DNA from: Candidatus Micrarchaeia archaeon
Lineage (GTDB): Archaea; Micrarchaeota; Micrarchaeia; Micrarchaeales; CABMGC01
Direction of reading: 5' to 3'
DNA length: 18,344 nucleotides
NCBI GenBank assembly: GCA_049976845.1
Contig: JBMFHL010000013.1
Span: 1 to 18,344 of the forward strand
Position 1 is the first letter of the stretch. Each line of letters opens with the position of its first letter. Shown here piece after piece: positions 1 to 8,957 of this stretch. A program made the translations under genes and the position numbers. The notes beneath the pieces were generated by a model. It was not told the DNA's origin. It did not search any database and was given only the letters and a program-made list of their open reading frames with translations.

Positions 1-96
1 CTCTACTACATGATATTTTTTGGAAGGTTTTTCCAATGTTGCATGGTAATAGCCAGCTTCAAAATAGCTGTCTCGCATTTTCATAAAATCATTCAT
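1..96 (-). CDS. possible 5' end of a divergent gene running off the left edge
   Basis: Minus-strand ATGs at 96 and 84 open a frame (MNDFMKMRDSYFEAGYYHATLEKPSKKYHVVE) with no stop before position 1. It is next to an AT-rich divergent promoter region but too short to assign. Confidence 0.35.
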   Translation of the reverse strand, partial: MNDFMKMRDSYFEAGYYHATLEKPSKKYHVVE

Positions 97-111
97 ATTT
101 TTTATTTAACC

Positions 112-120
112 TTTTTATAT
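112..120 (+). promoter_or_regulatory. archaeal TATA box for a leaderless P-type ATPase transcript
   Basis: TTTTTATAT lies about 22-30 nt upstream of ATG 142, with no SD motif in between. Confidence 0.55.
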
Positions 121-141
121 TCTATCCTGCAAAAATAATAT

Positions 142-2535
142 ATGCGCACGAGCGAATTCAAAGATGCCAAAATAGAAAAGGTTTATTCCTTGCTTGGGAG
201 CAGCAAGAACGGGCTGAGCGAGGAGGAGGCTTCGAGAAGGCTGGAGAAATACGGCTACAACGAGATAGAGGAGAAGAAGCAGAATTACATACTTTTGTTT
301 CTTGGCAAGTTCTTTGGCCCCATACCGATAGTGCTCTGGCTGATAATAATACTCTCTTACCTATTGCACCATATTGTCGATTTCTATGTTGTACTTGCGC
401 TTCTTGTATTCAATGCAATAGTCAGCTTTGCAGAGGAGTACAAGGCAGACAAGTCTATAGAGTTGCTAAAGGAAAGGCTCAGCGTGAATGCAAGGGTTCT
501 GCGCTCAGGGGCATGGGTCGTGATGCCTTCAAAGAATCTTGTTATAGGAGATATAGTAAGGGTTAGGCTTGGCGACATTGCGCCTGCGGATGCAAAGGTG
601 ATAGAAGCAGACGCATTGGAGTGCGACGAATCGGAGCTGACAGGGGAGAGCATGCCAGTCGCTAAGGGCGCAGGAGACATTATATACGCGGGGTCGACGC
701 TGAAGCGCGGCGAAGCAACCTGCATAGTTGTTGGCACTGGTTCGGGCACATACTTCGGAAAAACGGCAAGGCTCGTGGAGACGGCAAGGCCGAAGTCAAA
801 TCTTGAAAAGATGATAATGAGGATAATGAAATACCTAATAGCAATAGACATACTTGTTGTAATAGCAATGTTCTTGTACGGAACATTTATGCTGAGCATG
901 GGCCTTGGCATAATACTGCCGTTCCTGCTCATAGTATTCATAGCCTCTGTTCCGGTTGCATTGCCCGCTACATTCACAGTAGCAATGGCGTACGGCACCG
1001 AGAAGCTTGCAAAGAAATCAATACTTGTAACTAAACTTGAGGCAATAGAAGAGACTTCAACAATGAACGTTCTCTGCATGGACAAAACAGGCACATTGAC
1101 AGAGGATAAAATAATCGTCAAAGAGGTTTTCCCATTAGGCTCAAGCAAAGACAATGTTATAGAGTACGCGGCCGAGTGCTCAAGAGTTGAAGACAAGGAT
1201 CCAATCGACATGGCAATAATAAGCGATGCGCATGCTTTGGGCATAAAGCAAGGCGCCGTTGTTCATTTCAGCCCATTCGATCCAGAGACAAAAAGATCTG
1301 AAGCTTCTGTTAAAGGCATCGAAGGGAAGCTTTACTATGTGACAAAAGGCACCCCGCAGGTTATTGCAGGCATGTGCCGCCTCACCGGCAATCCATTGCG
1401 TGCGTTCGAGAAAAAGGTGGAAGAGTTCTCAAGCAAGGGCTTGAGGAGCATTGCTGTCGCTGTTAAGAAGGACAAGCAAGGATACAGGCTTGCTGGCTTG
1501 ATAGCGTTATATGATCAGCCAAGGCAGCAGGCGAAGCCCCTTGTCAAGGAGCTTGTCAACCTGGGCATAAAGCCGATAATGCTGACAGGCGACAATATAG
1601 CAGTTGCGAAGGAGGTTGCATCCGAGCTCGGCTTCGGAAGCAAAATAATGAACTTTTCAGACATAAGCGAGAGCGAGAGCTTTGAGGCCCAGGCGAGAAG
1701 CGCTAACGGCTTTGCCGGCATATACCCTGAGGACAAGTTCAAGATAGTAAAGGCGCTGCAGGGCAAAGGCTATTCAATAGGCATGACTGGCGACGGCGTC
1801 AACGACGCTCCAGCGCTCAAGCAGGCTGAAGTCGGAATAGCCGTTGCAAACGCAACCGATGTTGCAAAGAGCGCAGCTGACCTTGTGCTCACAAGGAGCG
1901 GCATAGGCGTAATAGTAGAAGCAGTAAAGGAGAGCAGGAGGATTTTCGAGAGAATGGTGACATACACAATAGTAAAAATGGTGAAGATAATACAGATACT
2001 CTCGTTTGTTGCAATAGTCTTCTTCGCATTCAGGTTCATACCCATACTGCCTGTCCAGCTTATAATACTAATATTCACCAACGACATAGTCAATATGGCC
2101 ATAGCTACCGATAATTCGAATTATTCGGCAAAGCCAGATGTATGGCATGTCAGGCCGCTCATGTATTCGTCTATAGCAATAGGCTTGATACTGATGCTGC
2201 AGGCATTCCTATTATTGCCAATTTCTTTCGGCATTTTCCACATGAGCACTGCGGCTTTCGAGACGATGGCATTCTTCCTTCTATCTGTTTCGGACAAATT
2301 CACAATATACAATGTAAGGGAGAAGCGCTTCTTCTGGAAATCGAAGCCGAGCAAAATGCTTGTATTATCGTCTTTCATGGGCATAATAGCATCAATGCTC
2401 ATAGCATATTATGGCATCTTCATGCAGAGCATAGGTATAATTCCGATAATTGTAGTATTGGCTTTAGGCCTCGCCTTTCTGCTTATTGTAGACGTTGTTA
2501 AGGTGTATATCTTCAGGAGGCTCAACGTTAGATGA
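142..2535 (+). CDS. plasma-membrane proton-efflux P-type ATPase (P3A family)
   Basis: Motifs: GLSEEEA..RL.KYG.NEI, TGES, M4 PVALP, phosphorylation site DKTGTLT (1081-1101), KG.PQVI, LTGDN, TGDGVNDAPALKQA, SRRIFERM, and M6 FTND with the proton-acceptor Asp. About 10 TM segments, 797 aa. Confidence 0.93.
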   Translation: MRTSEFKDAKIEKVYSLLGSSKNGLSEEEASRRLEKYGYNEIEEKKQNYILLFLGKFFGPIPIVLWLIIILSYLLHHIVDFYVVLALLVFNAIVSFAEEYKADKSIELLKERLSVNARVLRSGAWVVMPSKNLVIGDIVRVRLGDIAPADAKVIEADALECDESELTGESMPVAKGAGDIIYAGSTLKRGEATCIVVGTGSGTYFGKTARLVETARPKSNLEKMIMRIMKYLIAIDILVVIAMFLYGTFMLSMGLGIILPFLLIVFIASVPVALPATFTVAMAYGTEKLAKKSILVTKLEAIEETSTMNVLCMDKTGTLTEDKIIVKEVFPLGSSKDNVIEYAAECSRVEDKDPIDMAIISDAHALGIKQGAVVHFSPFDPETKRSEASVKGIEGKLYYVTKGTPQVIAGMCRLTGNPLRAFEKKVEEFSSKGLRSIAVAVKKDKQGYRLAGLIALYDQPRQQAKPLVKELVNLGIKPIMLTGDNIAVAKEVASELGFGSKIMNFSDISESESFEAQARSANGFAGIYPEDKFKIVKALQGKGYSIGMTGDGVNDAPALKQAEVGIAVANATDVAKSAADLVLTRSGIGVIVEAVKESRRIFERMVTYTIVKMVKIIQILSFVAIVFFAFRFIPILPVQLIILIFTNDIVNMAIATDNSNYSAKPDVWHVRPLMYSSIAIGLILMLQAFLLLPISFGIFHMSTAAFETMAFFLLSVSDKFTIYNVREKRFFWKSKPSKMLVLSSFMGIIASMLIAYYGIFMQSIGIIPIIVVLALGLAFLLIVDVVKVYIFRRLNVR

Positions 2536-2627
2536 TGCATTGCGCCTGTGCAAACCTATGCATTTTGATTAGACAGTTGGCTAACCATATGGGAATATTT
2601 AAAAGCATACCTATTGAACGCTTAATC

Positions 2628-2909
2628 ATGCGCGTGAATCCGGAGTTGCACGACTTGGAGGCACTGAAGCAGATAGATGAATGCAGGGCAATTGCAGAGG
2701 AGATGAACAAGAAGGGCATTGCTGACGAGCTGTTCAGCAAAGAGGAGCTTTACCTTCTGGGGGTGCCAAGATACGAGGAAGTGGTAGTGGGTTCGAAGAA
2801 GATGTGGCGCCCTGTGCTGCTCGATCTAGAGGAGCAGGAAAGCAAAGAGCTTTGGCCCATAATTTTTGACAAAATAGAGAAGCTGAAGTCAGGCAAGCAT
2901 ATCAAATAA
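2628..2909 (+). CDS. hypothetical protein (about 93 aa; start uncertain: 2628, 2589 or 2532)
   Basis: Charged, protein-like ORF with genome-typical codons from MRVNPEL onward. TTTAAAA at 2598-2604 is correctly spaced for a leaderless start at ATG 2628. Confidence 0.7.
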   Translation: MRVNPELHDLEALKQIDECRAIAEEMNKKGIADELFSKEELYLLGVPRYEEVVVGSKKMWRPVLLDLEEQESKELWPIIFDKIEKLKSGKHIK

Positions 2910-2976
2910 TAGTGACGGTTTTCGAACATGCCAGCTGCTTTGCCACCTTACTTTGCCGCTTCTTGAATAAAAATAT

Positions 2977-2995
2977 GTGCAGGAAAGCCCTGCAC
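2977..2995. terminator. hairpin between convergent genes, possible terminator or 3' stabiliser
   Basis: GTGCAGG-AAAGC-CCTGCAC is a perfect 7-bp stem. It is followed by TTTC on the plus strand and ATATTTTT on the minus strand. Confidence 0.5.
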
Positions 2996-3008
2996 TTTCA
3001 AGCTACTT

Positions 3009-3335
3009 TCACAAAGCCTTTTTTGCGTATTCTGTAATATATGGTATATTCACTTCAACTCCGTTGTATGCTTGGAAGCCAACATAAAGCGCGTATATCC
3101 ATATAAGGAAGTTCAGCAGGCTTGAAACTAGCGGAACATATAGTATTGAAAAGAATACTGATATTATTATGCCTATCACCCCAAGGAATATGGCTTGTAT
3201 TGCGTGGAACTTGGCCTTCTTGTCGCTCCTGCCACTTGTGAGATACACTATTATGCCGGTAAGCCACAAGAGCAGGTATGCCAGAAAATACACAATATTA
3301 TCACTGCCGCTTTTGGTCTTTTTCTCCATAACCAT
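3009..3335 (-). CDS. DUF4870 / COG4818-like small membrane protein
   Basis: Family-typical pattern LAYLL.WLTGIIVY...DK..KFHAIQAI...AYNG....IPYI with 3 hydrophobic segments. Minus-strand TATA (TTTATA, 3365-3360) favours a start at 3335 or 3329. Confidence 0.85.
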   Translation of the reverse strand: MVMEKKTKSGSDNIVYFLAYLLLWLTGIIVYLTSGRSDKKAKFHAIQAIFLGVIGIIISVFFSILYVPLVSSLLNFLIWIYALYVGFQAYNGVEVNIPYITEYAKKAL

Positions 3336-3400
3336 CAAAAGTATTCAGTATTCCAATTCTATAAATGTTGTGCTTTCGCTGGTCTTGCTGGTTTAACGCC

Positions 3401-3856
3401 CTATTGCCTCTCCATGCCAAAGAAGTCATCGAGTGTTGTGTCGTCCTTAGGTACAAAATAGGAAAGCGATGCTGTTACCTCTTTTATATTAAGCTCCGAA
3501 AAACTAGGAGTTGTGGCAAGCGTGAAAGGATAATTGCCATTCATGCTTCTAAGCTTCTCAAGCGTTATATCAATTTTGGCAGGGCCTTTCTTGACTTCAT
3601 CCCTAAGTTTTTTGATAGCTTCATTAGCGTCAGAATGCCTATCTATATTGTCTATGAATATGGCCACCCTGTTGCTGCTATTCCTATATCTTTCATTTGT
3701 AATAAGCATCAGTGCCTTGCCTTTTTCAGTTTCTATCTCTGTTGCTCCCACAACAGTCACGTCTTTGGCGCGTATGGTTTCATAATAAGGGAATTTGCCA
3801 TTGACAAGCTCTGTAAATGAGCATTCATGGGTTTTTTCATGCCTATATACCATCAT
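3401..3856 (-). CDS. hypothetical protein, possible OB fold with C-terminal PIP-box-like motif
   Basis: 151-aa ORF with TTTATAAA at 3884-3891 and GTGGT just upstream. The C-terminus reads DTTLDDFF. The fold is inferred only. Confidence 0.75.
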   Translation of the reverse strand: MMVYRHEKTHECSFTELVNGKFPYYETIRAKDVTVVGATEIETEKGKALMLITNERYRNSSNRVAIFIDNIDRHSDANEAIKKLRDEVKKGPAKIDITLEKLRSMNGNYPFTLATTPSFSELNIKEVTASLSYFVPKDDTTLDDFFGMERQ

Positions 3857-3966
3857 ACCACGAAAATATTATGAATTTCATGCTTTATAAATTTTCCTTT
3901 AGTTCTGTCTAATATGCAGTGCGAACGCTTTTTAGCTTTTTAGCGATGATATAACACTGTGATATT

Positions 3967-4770
3967 GTGGCAGATTCATATAACCCTGAAGACATAGCTA
4001 AGTCGAAGAGCGCAAGCATTCATCCCTCTTTTTTCACTGTTGTTGATCAAAGGCAAGAGGTTAAGGCAAAGCTCTCCAGCATAAAGCACAAGATAGGCAT
4101 ATATAGTGCAAAAGGCGGCGTGGGCAAAACAACAATCGCAGTTAATGTTGCATACGCATTGTCTGGCATGGGCTACAAAGTAGGCCTGCTTGATGCTGAC
4201 ATAGACTGCCCGAATGTCACATTCTTCCTTGGCATGGAAAATGCCAAGATAAATTCATATCCAATGATTCCATTGGAGCGAAATGGCGTCAAAGTTTTAT
4301 CTACTGCAATGCTAACTGATTCGAGAGGCCCTATAATCTGGAGGGGCCCGCTAATTGCCAAGATGACAGGCGATTTCCTAAGGAATACCGAATGGGGTGA
4401 GCTTGACTACCTCATCATAGACCTGCCCCCTGGCACGAGCGATGCGCCTCTTTCTATAATGCAGCTGCTTGACCTTACGGGCTTTGTAATAGTCACTACG
4501 CCGCAGCATATTGCCTCTCTAAATGCAATCCGCTCTGGCATAATGGTCAAGAAGTTCAATATATCCCTATTGGGTGTTATAGAGAACATGTCCGATGGCT
4601 CTGGCGATGGCGCGAAAGAGGTATCAGAGGCGTTGAACTGCAGGGTGCTCGGCATAATAAAGAATTCTGCCAAATTCTCAATGCTCAGCGATATGGGGAA
4701 GATACCTGTCGTTGAGGATGCGGAAGTAAAGGAGGAATTCGCTGGCATAGTAAAGAATATTATCGAGTGA
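3967..4770 (+). CDS. mrp: Mrp/ApbC/NBP35-family P-loop ATPase (lacks the C-terminal CxxC)
   Basis: Deviant Walker A SAKGGVGKTT, plus LLDADI, IIWRGP, WGELDYLIIDLPPGTSD, VTTPQ and GVIENMS. GTG start with GTGAT upstream. Confidence 0.92.
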   Translation: MADSYNPEDIAKSKSASIHPSFFTVVDQRQEVKAKLSSIKHKIGIYSAKGGVGKTTIAVNVAYALSGMGYKVGLLDADIDCPNVTFFLGMENAKINSYPMIPLERNGVKVLSTAMLTDSRGPIIWRGPLIAKMTGDFLRNTEWGELDYLIIDLPPGTSDAPLSIMQLLDLTGFVIVTTPQHIASLNAIRSGIMVKKFNISLLGVIENMSDGSGDGAKEVSEALNCRVLGIIKNSAKFSMLSDMGKIPVVEDAEVKEEFAGIVKNIIE

Positions 4771-4774
4771 GTGG

Positions 4775-4811
4775 TCTGTGGCGGCACAGAACGAGGAGCA
4801 CATCCTTTTTT
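4775..4811 (+). terminator. two short hairpins plus T6 tract after mrp
   Basis: TCTGTG-GCGG-CACAGA (4775-4790), then AGGA-GCACA-TCCT (4794-4806) running into TTTTTT (4806-4811). Confidence 0.55.
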
Positions 4812-4856
4812 GCTTGTTAAGAAAGCTATTTATTTTTATAAACTTTATATTTATCC

Positions 4857-5876
4857 ATGGAAAAAGAGGTTTCTCTAATGCTAAACGAAGGCAAGCGCCT
4901 TGTTGCAGCCTTTTCGAGTATAGACGATAAAGACCCTTTTTCTGGAATGAGCTTAATAAAAGAAAATTACGCACTCATTTTTTCAGGGCCCGAAGGCAAC
5001 GAAACGGCAAAATTCGAAAACGTATCGCTAGAATTCAAGGTACTTGTAGATTACCTACTCTCTAATGATACTACACTGTTTTGCCGCAGAAAGGATAATG
5101 CAGAAGTGCTTTTTGCAACCAATGATATAAAAAAGCTTATTTCAGAATACAGCTTCAGAAGCGTTGACCTCTACATGTCAAAGGAGAATTACTATAGGAT
5201 TGGAAAAGTCCTCAGGCGCAAATATCGGCAATATGACGTGCTAACAGCATCTTTTACCAGTGAAGGGGGCAACGAATTCACCCTCAATGTATTGTTTGGT
5301 AAGGGCGACGGGCCATACTTGGCAAGGCTTAATAATTTTCTTGAATTGCTCAATGGTGCAGTCGTGAAGCCAAAGTCCAATATAAGCCCTGTTTTCAATT
5401 CAGAACATCTCAATCAATTGTTCAAGGCATTTGGGCATGGCGAGCCAAGGTTCAAGAAGGCATGCGCATACAAACTCGAGTCTGTGTTTACCCAAGGAAA
5501 TGACGTGTATCTGCAATACATTGACATGGATACGCATGTGGATTACTTAACAAGGATCACCTCCTATTCAGACGATTCTGACGTACCTTTTGAAAGGAAG
5601 GTAAGCAGCGTATACAATTTCTTCAACAGATATACAGGCAAGTACTTCGTCTCTGCAGAAGACCTGTGGGACTGCGAACTTGACTTCATGAAGGTTCCTT
5701 CTGCGGAAGAGCCTTTCATATTCCGCTTTAGCGGCAGCATAGAACAAAATGAGCTGAAAGAGGACTTGTACATGATGAAGCGCGATGCAGAGCGGAGTTC
5801 AGCCAATTGGAACGAGGTTCGTTACAACTCCTTCTTCTCGACTGGCAAGAGATACATACCTGACAGAATTTTGTAA
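4857..5876 (+). CDS. hypothetical protein (339 aa; alternative start 4878)
   Basis: Long soluble ORF. TTTTTATA at 4823-4830 fits a leaderless start at 4857, while GAGGT at 4866-4870 fits ATG 4878. No recognisable motif. Confidence 0.8.
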   Translation: MEKEVSLMLNEGKRLVAAFSSIDDKDPFSGMSLIKENYALIFSGPEGNETAKFENVSLEFKVLVDYLLSNDTTLFCRRKDNAEVLFATNDIKKLISEYSFRSVDLYMSKENYYRIGKVLRRKYRQYDVLTASFTSEGGNEFTLNVLFGKGDGPYLARLNNFLELLNGAVVKPKSNISPVFNSEHLNQLFKAFGHGEPRFKKACAYKLESVFTQGNDVYLQYIDMDTHVDYLTRITSYSDDSDVPFERKVSSVYNFFNRYTGKYFVSAEDLWDCELDFMKVPSAEEPFIFRFSGSIEQNELKEDLYMMKRDAERSSANWNEVRYNSFFSTGKRYIPDRIL

Positions 5877-5926
5877 AACATAATAGTAAAACATGTATTA
5901 GAATTCAAAGAAATGGGGACTCTGCA

Positions 5927-5959
5927 TTTTAAATCTTGCCACGCAAATATTAGTGTGGT
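5927..5959 (+). promoter_or_regulatory. TATA box and SD of the por operon
   Basis: TTTTAAAT at 5927-5934 and GTGGT at 5955-5959 precede TTG 5964. Confidence 0.5.
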
Positions 5960-5963
5960 TTGA

Positions 5964-6503
5964 TTGATAGAGGTCTTGTTGCAAGGGAGAGGCGGCCAGG
6001 GTGTAGTTGCAGGAGGAGAGCTACTTGTAAAAGGCGCAGTCAAGCAAGGAATCTTTGCGCAGTCAATACCGTTCTTTGGCGGAGAGAGGCGCGGCGCTCC
6101 TGTGAGCTCAGGCGTAAGGATATCAAACGAGCCAATTTACACGCACGAGAGCATAAAGAGCGCAGATATAATAGCAGTATTCGACATCTCGCTCATCAAT
6201 ATAGTTAAATTGGACATGCTCAAAGAGCAGGGCATTCTTCTTGTAAATGCGCCTATCGCGCAGAAGCTTTGGAAAAATCTTTATTATGTTGACGCGACTT
6301 CCATTGCAAAATCATTCGGGTTGACAATAGCGGGTTGGCCCCTTGTGAATACTGCAATGATGGGCGCGCTTGCAAAAATAACAGGCATAATTGATGTTTC
6401 AGACTTGAAGGACATAGCAGCTGAGCAATTCCACGGCGACTACGGCAAGCTCAATGCAGATGCAGTGCAGAAGGGCGCGGATGAGGTGAAGAAGCTTGAG
6501 TAG
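5964..6503 (+). CDS. porC: 2-oxoacid (pyruvate):ferredoxin oxidoreductase gamma subunit
   Basis: MIEV...GRGGQG, PFFGGERRGAPV, G.LLVN, VDATSIA, NTAMMGA. First gene of a gamma-delta-alpha-beta cluster; also called porG in some archaea. Confidence 0.93.
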   Translation: MIEVLLQGRGGQGVVAGGELLVKGAVKQGIFAQSIPFFGGERRGAPVSSGVRISNEPIYTHESIKSADIIAVFDISLINIVKLDMLKEQGILLVNAPIAQKLWKNLYYVDATSIAKSFGLTIAGWPLVNTAMMGALAKITGIIDVSDLKDIAAEQFHGDYGKLNADAVQKGADEVKKLE

Positions 6504-6771
6504 TATTGAAAATATTGAGGAAGAAATTCCAGTGTCAAAACCCAGCAAGGGGTCTGCAGGCAAGACTGGAACTTGGCGCGTAGAGAGGCCGGTAATAGAC
6601 CTTGAAGCGTGCAAGAAGTGCGATATGTGCATAGTAGACTGTGTTGAAAACACAATAGATAAAGACGCAAACGGCTTGCCCAAGATTGACTATGAATATT
6701 GCAAGGGCTGCGGCGTATGCGCAAGCATCTGCCCTGTTCATGTGATAAAGATGGTGCAGGAGGTGAAGTGA
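6496..6771 (+). CDS. porD: 2-oxoacid (pyruvate):ferredoxin oxidoreductase delta subunit, 2x[4Fe-4S]
   Basis: [42 protein letters not shown] start with SD GAGGTGA at 6483-6489. Confidence 0.93.
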   Translation: MSSIENIEEEIPVSKPSKGSAGKTGTWRVERPVIDLEACKKCDMCIVDCVENTIDKDANGLPKIDYEYCKGCGVCASICPVHVIKMVQEVK

Positions 6772-7916
6772 TGGAGAAAATAACTGCAATGGTAGGGAAT
6801 CATGCCGTAGCTTATGCGGTAAAGCAGGCAAAGCCTGAGGTGCTTGCAGTTTATCCCATAACACCTCAGACCACGATGCTTGAGAAGCTTGCGGATTATG
6901 CAGAAAAAGGGGAGATGAATGCAGATTTGATAAAGGTCGAAAGCGAGCATTCTGCAATGGCGGCAATCTTCGGAGCTGCGCTCTCGGGATCGCGGGTTTT
7001 CACAGCCACTTCTTCGCAAGGCCTGCTCTATATGACTGAAGTTATATACTGGGCAGGAGGCCAGAGGGTTCCGATTGTTGCAGGAATAGCAACAAGGGCA
7101 GTTGGAGCGCCATGGTCAATATGGGATGATCACCAGGATTTTGTGAGCAAGAGGGATTCTATCTGGGTGCAGATGATTGCAGAGAATGTTCAAGATGCAT
7201 ACGACATGACGCTGCAGGCATTTAAAATATCTGAAGACAAAAGGGTTTCGATGCCTGTGATGATGGGCTTTGATGGGTTTGTGCTTACCCATACAATGGA
7301 GAGGCTTTCGCTTGTTCCAGATAATGATGTTGATTCGTTTATACCAAAGCGCGATTTCAATTTGATAGACTTTGAGAATCCTATTGGCATAGGTCCGATA
7401 GTAACGCAAGACAATTACATAAAATACAGGCACAATGCAATGCTCGCAATGGAGCGGTCAAAACAGGTGATAGAAGAGATATCAAATCAATATTCGCAGC
7501 TCACTGACAGGGAGCAGCATGGCCTTGTCGAGTTCTACAAGTGCGAAGACGCAGAATACGCAATTGTTGCAATGGGCGCTTGGGCTGGCGATGCAAGATT
7601 AGCTGTAGAGTTGCTAAGGAAGCAGGGCATTAAGGTAGGTTTGGCAAAGATAAGGGTGCTAAGGCCCTTCCCAAAGGAGAGGCTCGAAGAGGGGCTGAAG
7701 GCGATGAAAGGCATAATAGTATTCGACAGGGAATATTCTTACGGCTCTGGTGGCATTTTAGCAACTGAAATAAAGGCAAGCCTATACCAATTGAATATAC
7801 CCGTTTATAGTGCAATAGGAGGCATAGGCGGCAAAGAAGTCGGGAGCAAGGAAATGATCGATATTGTAAGCAATGTCATGCAGGGCAAAGCGGATAAAGA
7901 GGTCTGGTTGCTATGA
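6771..7916 (+). CDS. porA: 2-oxoacid (pyruvate):ferredoxin oxidoreductase alpha subunit
   Basis: [42 protein letters not shown]. The start is placed at ATG 6771 (TGATG overlap with the porD stop, SD GGAGGTGA at 6759-6766) rather than 6699. Confidence 0.93.
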   Translation: MEKITAMVGNHAVAYAVKQAKPEVLAVYPITPQTTMLEKLADYAEKGEMNADLIKVESEHSAMAAIFGAALSGSRVFTATSSQGLLYMTEVIYWAGGQRVPIVAGIATRAVGAPWSIWDDHQDFVSKRDSIWVQMIAENVQDAYDMTLQAFKISEDKRVSMPVMMGFDGFVLTHTMERLSLVPDNDVDSFIPKRDFNLIDFENPIGIGPIVTQDNYIKYRHNAMLAMERSKQVIEEISNQYSQLTDREQHGLVEFYKCEDAEYAIVAMGAWAGDARLAVELLRKQGIKVGLAKIRVLRPFPKERLEEGLKAMKGIIVFDREYSYGSGGILATEIKASLYQLNIPVYSAIGGIGGKEVGSKEMIDIVSNVMQGKADKEVWLL

Positions 7917-8791
7917 AATTTTTGAGAGGAAATGCGGCTTGTCCAGGATGCCCTATACCAAAGGAGCTGGACACAATACTGAACATTTACGGCGAGAAAA
8001 CTGTAATAGTAGTACCAGCTTCATGCTCAACAGTAATAATGGGAGATACTGTAAACGGAATGCCTTCTACGGTTAACGTTGTGCATAGCCCATTTGCAGC
8101 CTCTGCTTCAATTGCATCTGGCATAGCCGCAGCAATGAGGCACAGGAACGAAGATGCAAATGTATTGGTATGGGCAGGCGACGGCTCAACAAGCGACATA
8201 GGCTTTGCAGCACTCAGCGGCGCCGCAGAGAGGAATGAGAACATAACCTATGTCTGCTATGACAATGAAGCTTACATGAATACTGGGGTGCAGAGGTCAA
8301 GCCTAACTCCGTATGGAGCATGGACCACAACAACGCCAGAGCACAAGCACGAGTTCAAGAAGCCGATGCCGTTCCTTATGGCGATGCACGGCATACCCTA
8401 TGTCGCAACAGCATCAATTTCTTATATGCCTGATTTCATATCAAAGTTCAGGAAAGCCGAATCTATAGAAGGCTTCAGGTACATACACCTGCTTTCTCCA
8501 TGCCCGCCAGGATGGAAATTTGACTCGAGCCTGACCTTAGATATTGGCAAGCTTGCAGTAGAAACGGGAATGTGGCCGCTTTACGAAATAGAGAATGGTA
8601 TTCTTAAGCTCTCGAGCATAAGCGCAAATTATGTTGACAAGGCAAAGCGAAAGCCGCTCAGCGAATATATAAAGGTGCAGGACAGGTTCAAGGGGCTCAG
8701 CGAAGCCGAACTTGCAGGCATGCAGGATTATATTGACAGGATGTGGAATTACATAAGCGAATTGAAGAATTCAAAGAAAGCATTTTTCTGA
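7913..8791 (+). CDS. porB: 2-oxoacid (pyruvate):ferredoxin oxidoreductase beta subunit, TPP-binding
   Basis: ACPGC, ASCS, TPP motif AGDG...[42 protein letters not shown] overlap with porA. Confidence 0.93.
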   Translation: MKFLRGNAACPGCPIPKELDTILNIYGEKTVIVVPASCSTVIMGDTVNGMPSTVNVVHSPFAASASIASGIAAAMRHRNEDANVLVWAGDGSTSDIGFAALSGAAERNENITYVCYDNEAYMNTGVQRSSLTPYGAWTTTTPEHKHEFKKPMPFLMAMHGIPYVATASISYMPDFISKFRKAESIEGFRYIHLLSPCPPGWKFDSSLTLDIGKLAVETGMWPLYEIENGILKLSSISANYVDKAKRKPLSEYIKVQDRFKGLSEAELAGMQDYIDRMWNYISELKNSKKAFF

Positions 8792-8870
8792 AATTGGAAA
8801 CCTGAAAATATTATCTTGTCATGCATTGCTAATAATAGAGGCAGCAAAATTATAGCAAGCTTTCTGCGCT

Positions 8871-8895
8871 AAGCCGGAGCAAGCGGCTTTGTTGA
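8871..8895 (+). terminator. hairpin downstream of the por operon
   Basis: AAGCCG-GAGCAAG-CGGCTT (8871-8889) followed by T-rich TGTTGATTTAT. Confidence 0.4.
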
Positions 8896-8957
8896 TTTAT
8901 CCTGTTTGCCAACAATTAAGTTACCAACAAAATTTGACTTTTTCAACAAAGTAGCAA

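Noticed and set aside
384..1244. 286-aa minus-strand ORF and other antisense ORFs inside the P-type ATPase
   Set aside because: Shadow frames of a well-supported gene, with no motifs.
2535..2566. ATGCAT...ATGCAT imperfect hairpin, and recurring ATGCAT in other spacers
   Set aside because: Weak stem, and GCA/TGC words are common throughout this sequence.
3927..3944. Tandem GCTTTTTA repeat upstream of mrp
   Set aside because: Only two short copies in AT-rich promoter DNA.
5160..5785. DLYMSK / DLYMMK similarity suggesting an internal repeat in the 339-aa orphan
   Set aside because: The match does not extend into the flanks and is probably chance.
6699..6770. N-terminal extension of porA in the ORF track
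   Set aside because: It overlaps porD. The SD and TGATG coupling point to a start at 6771.
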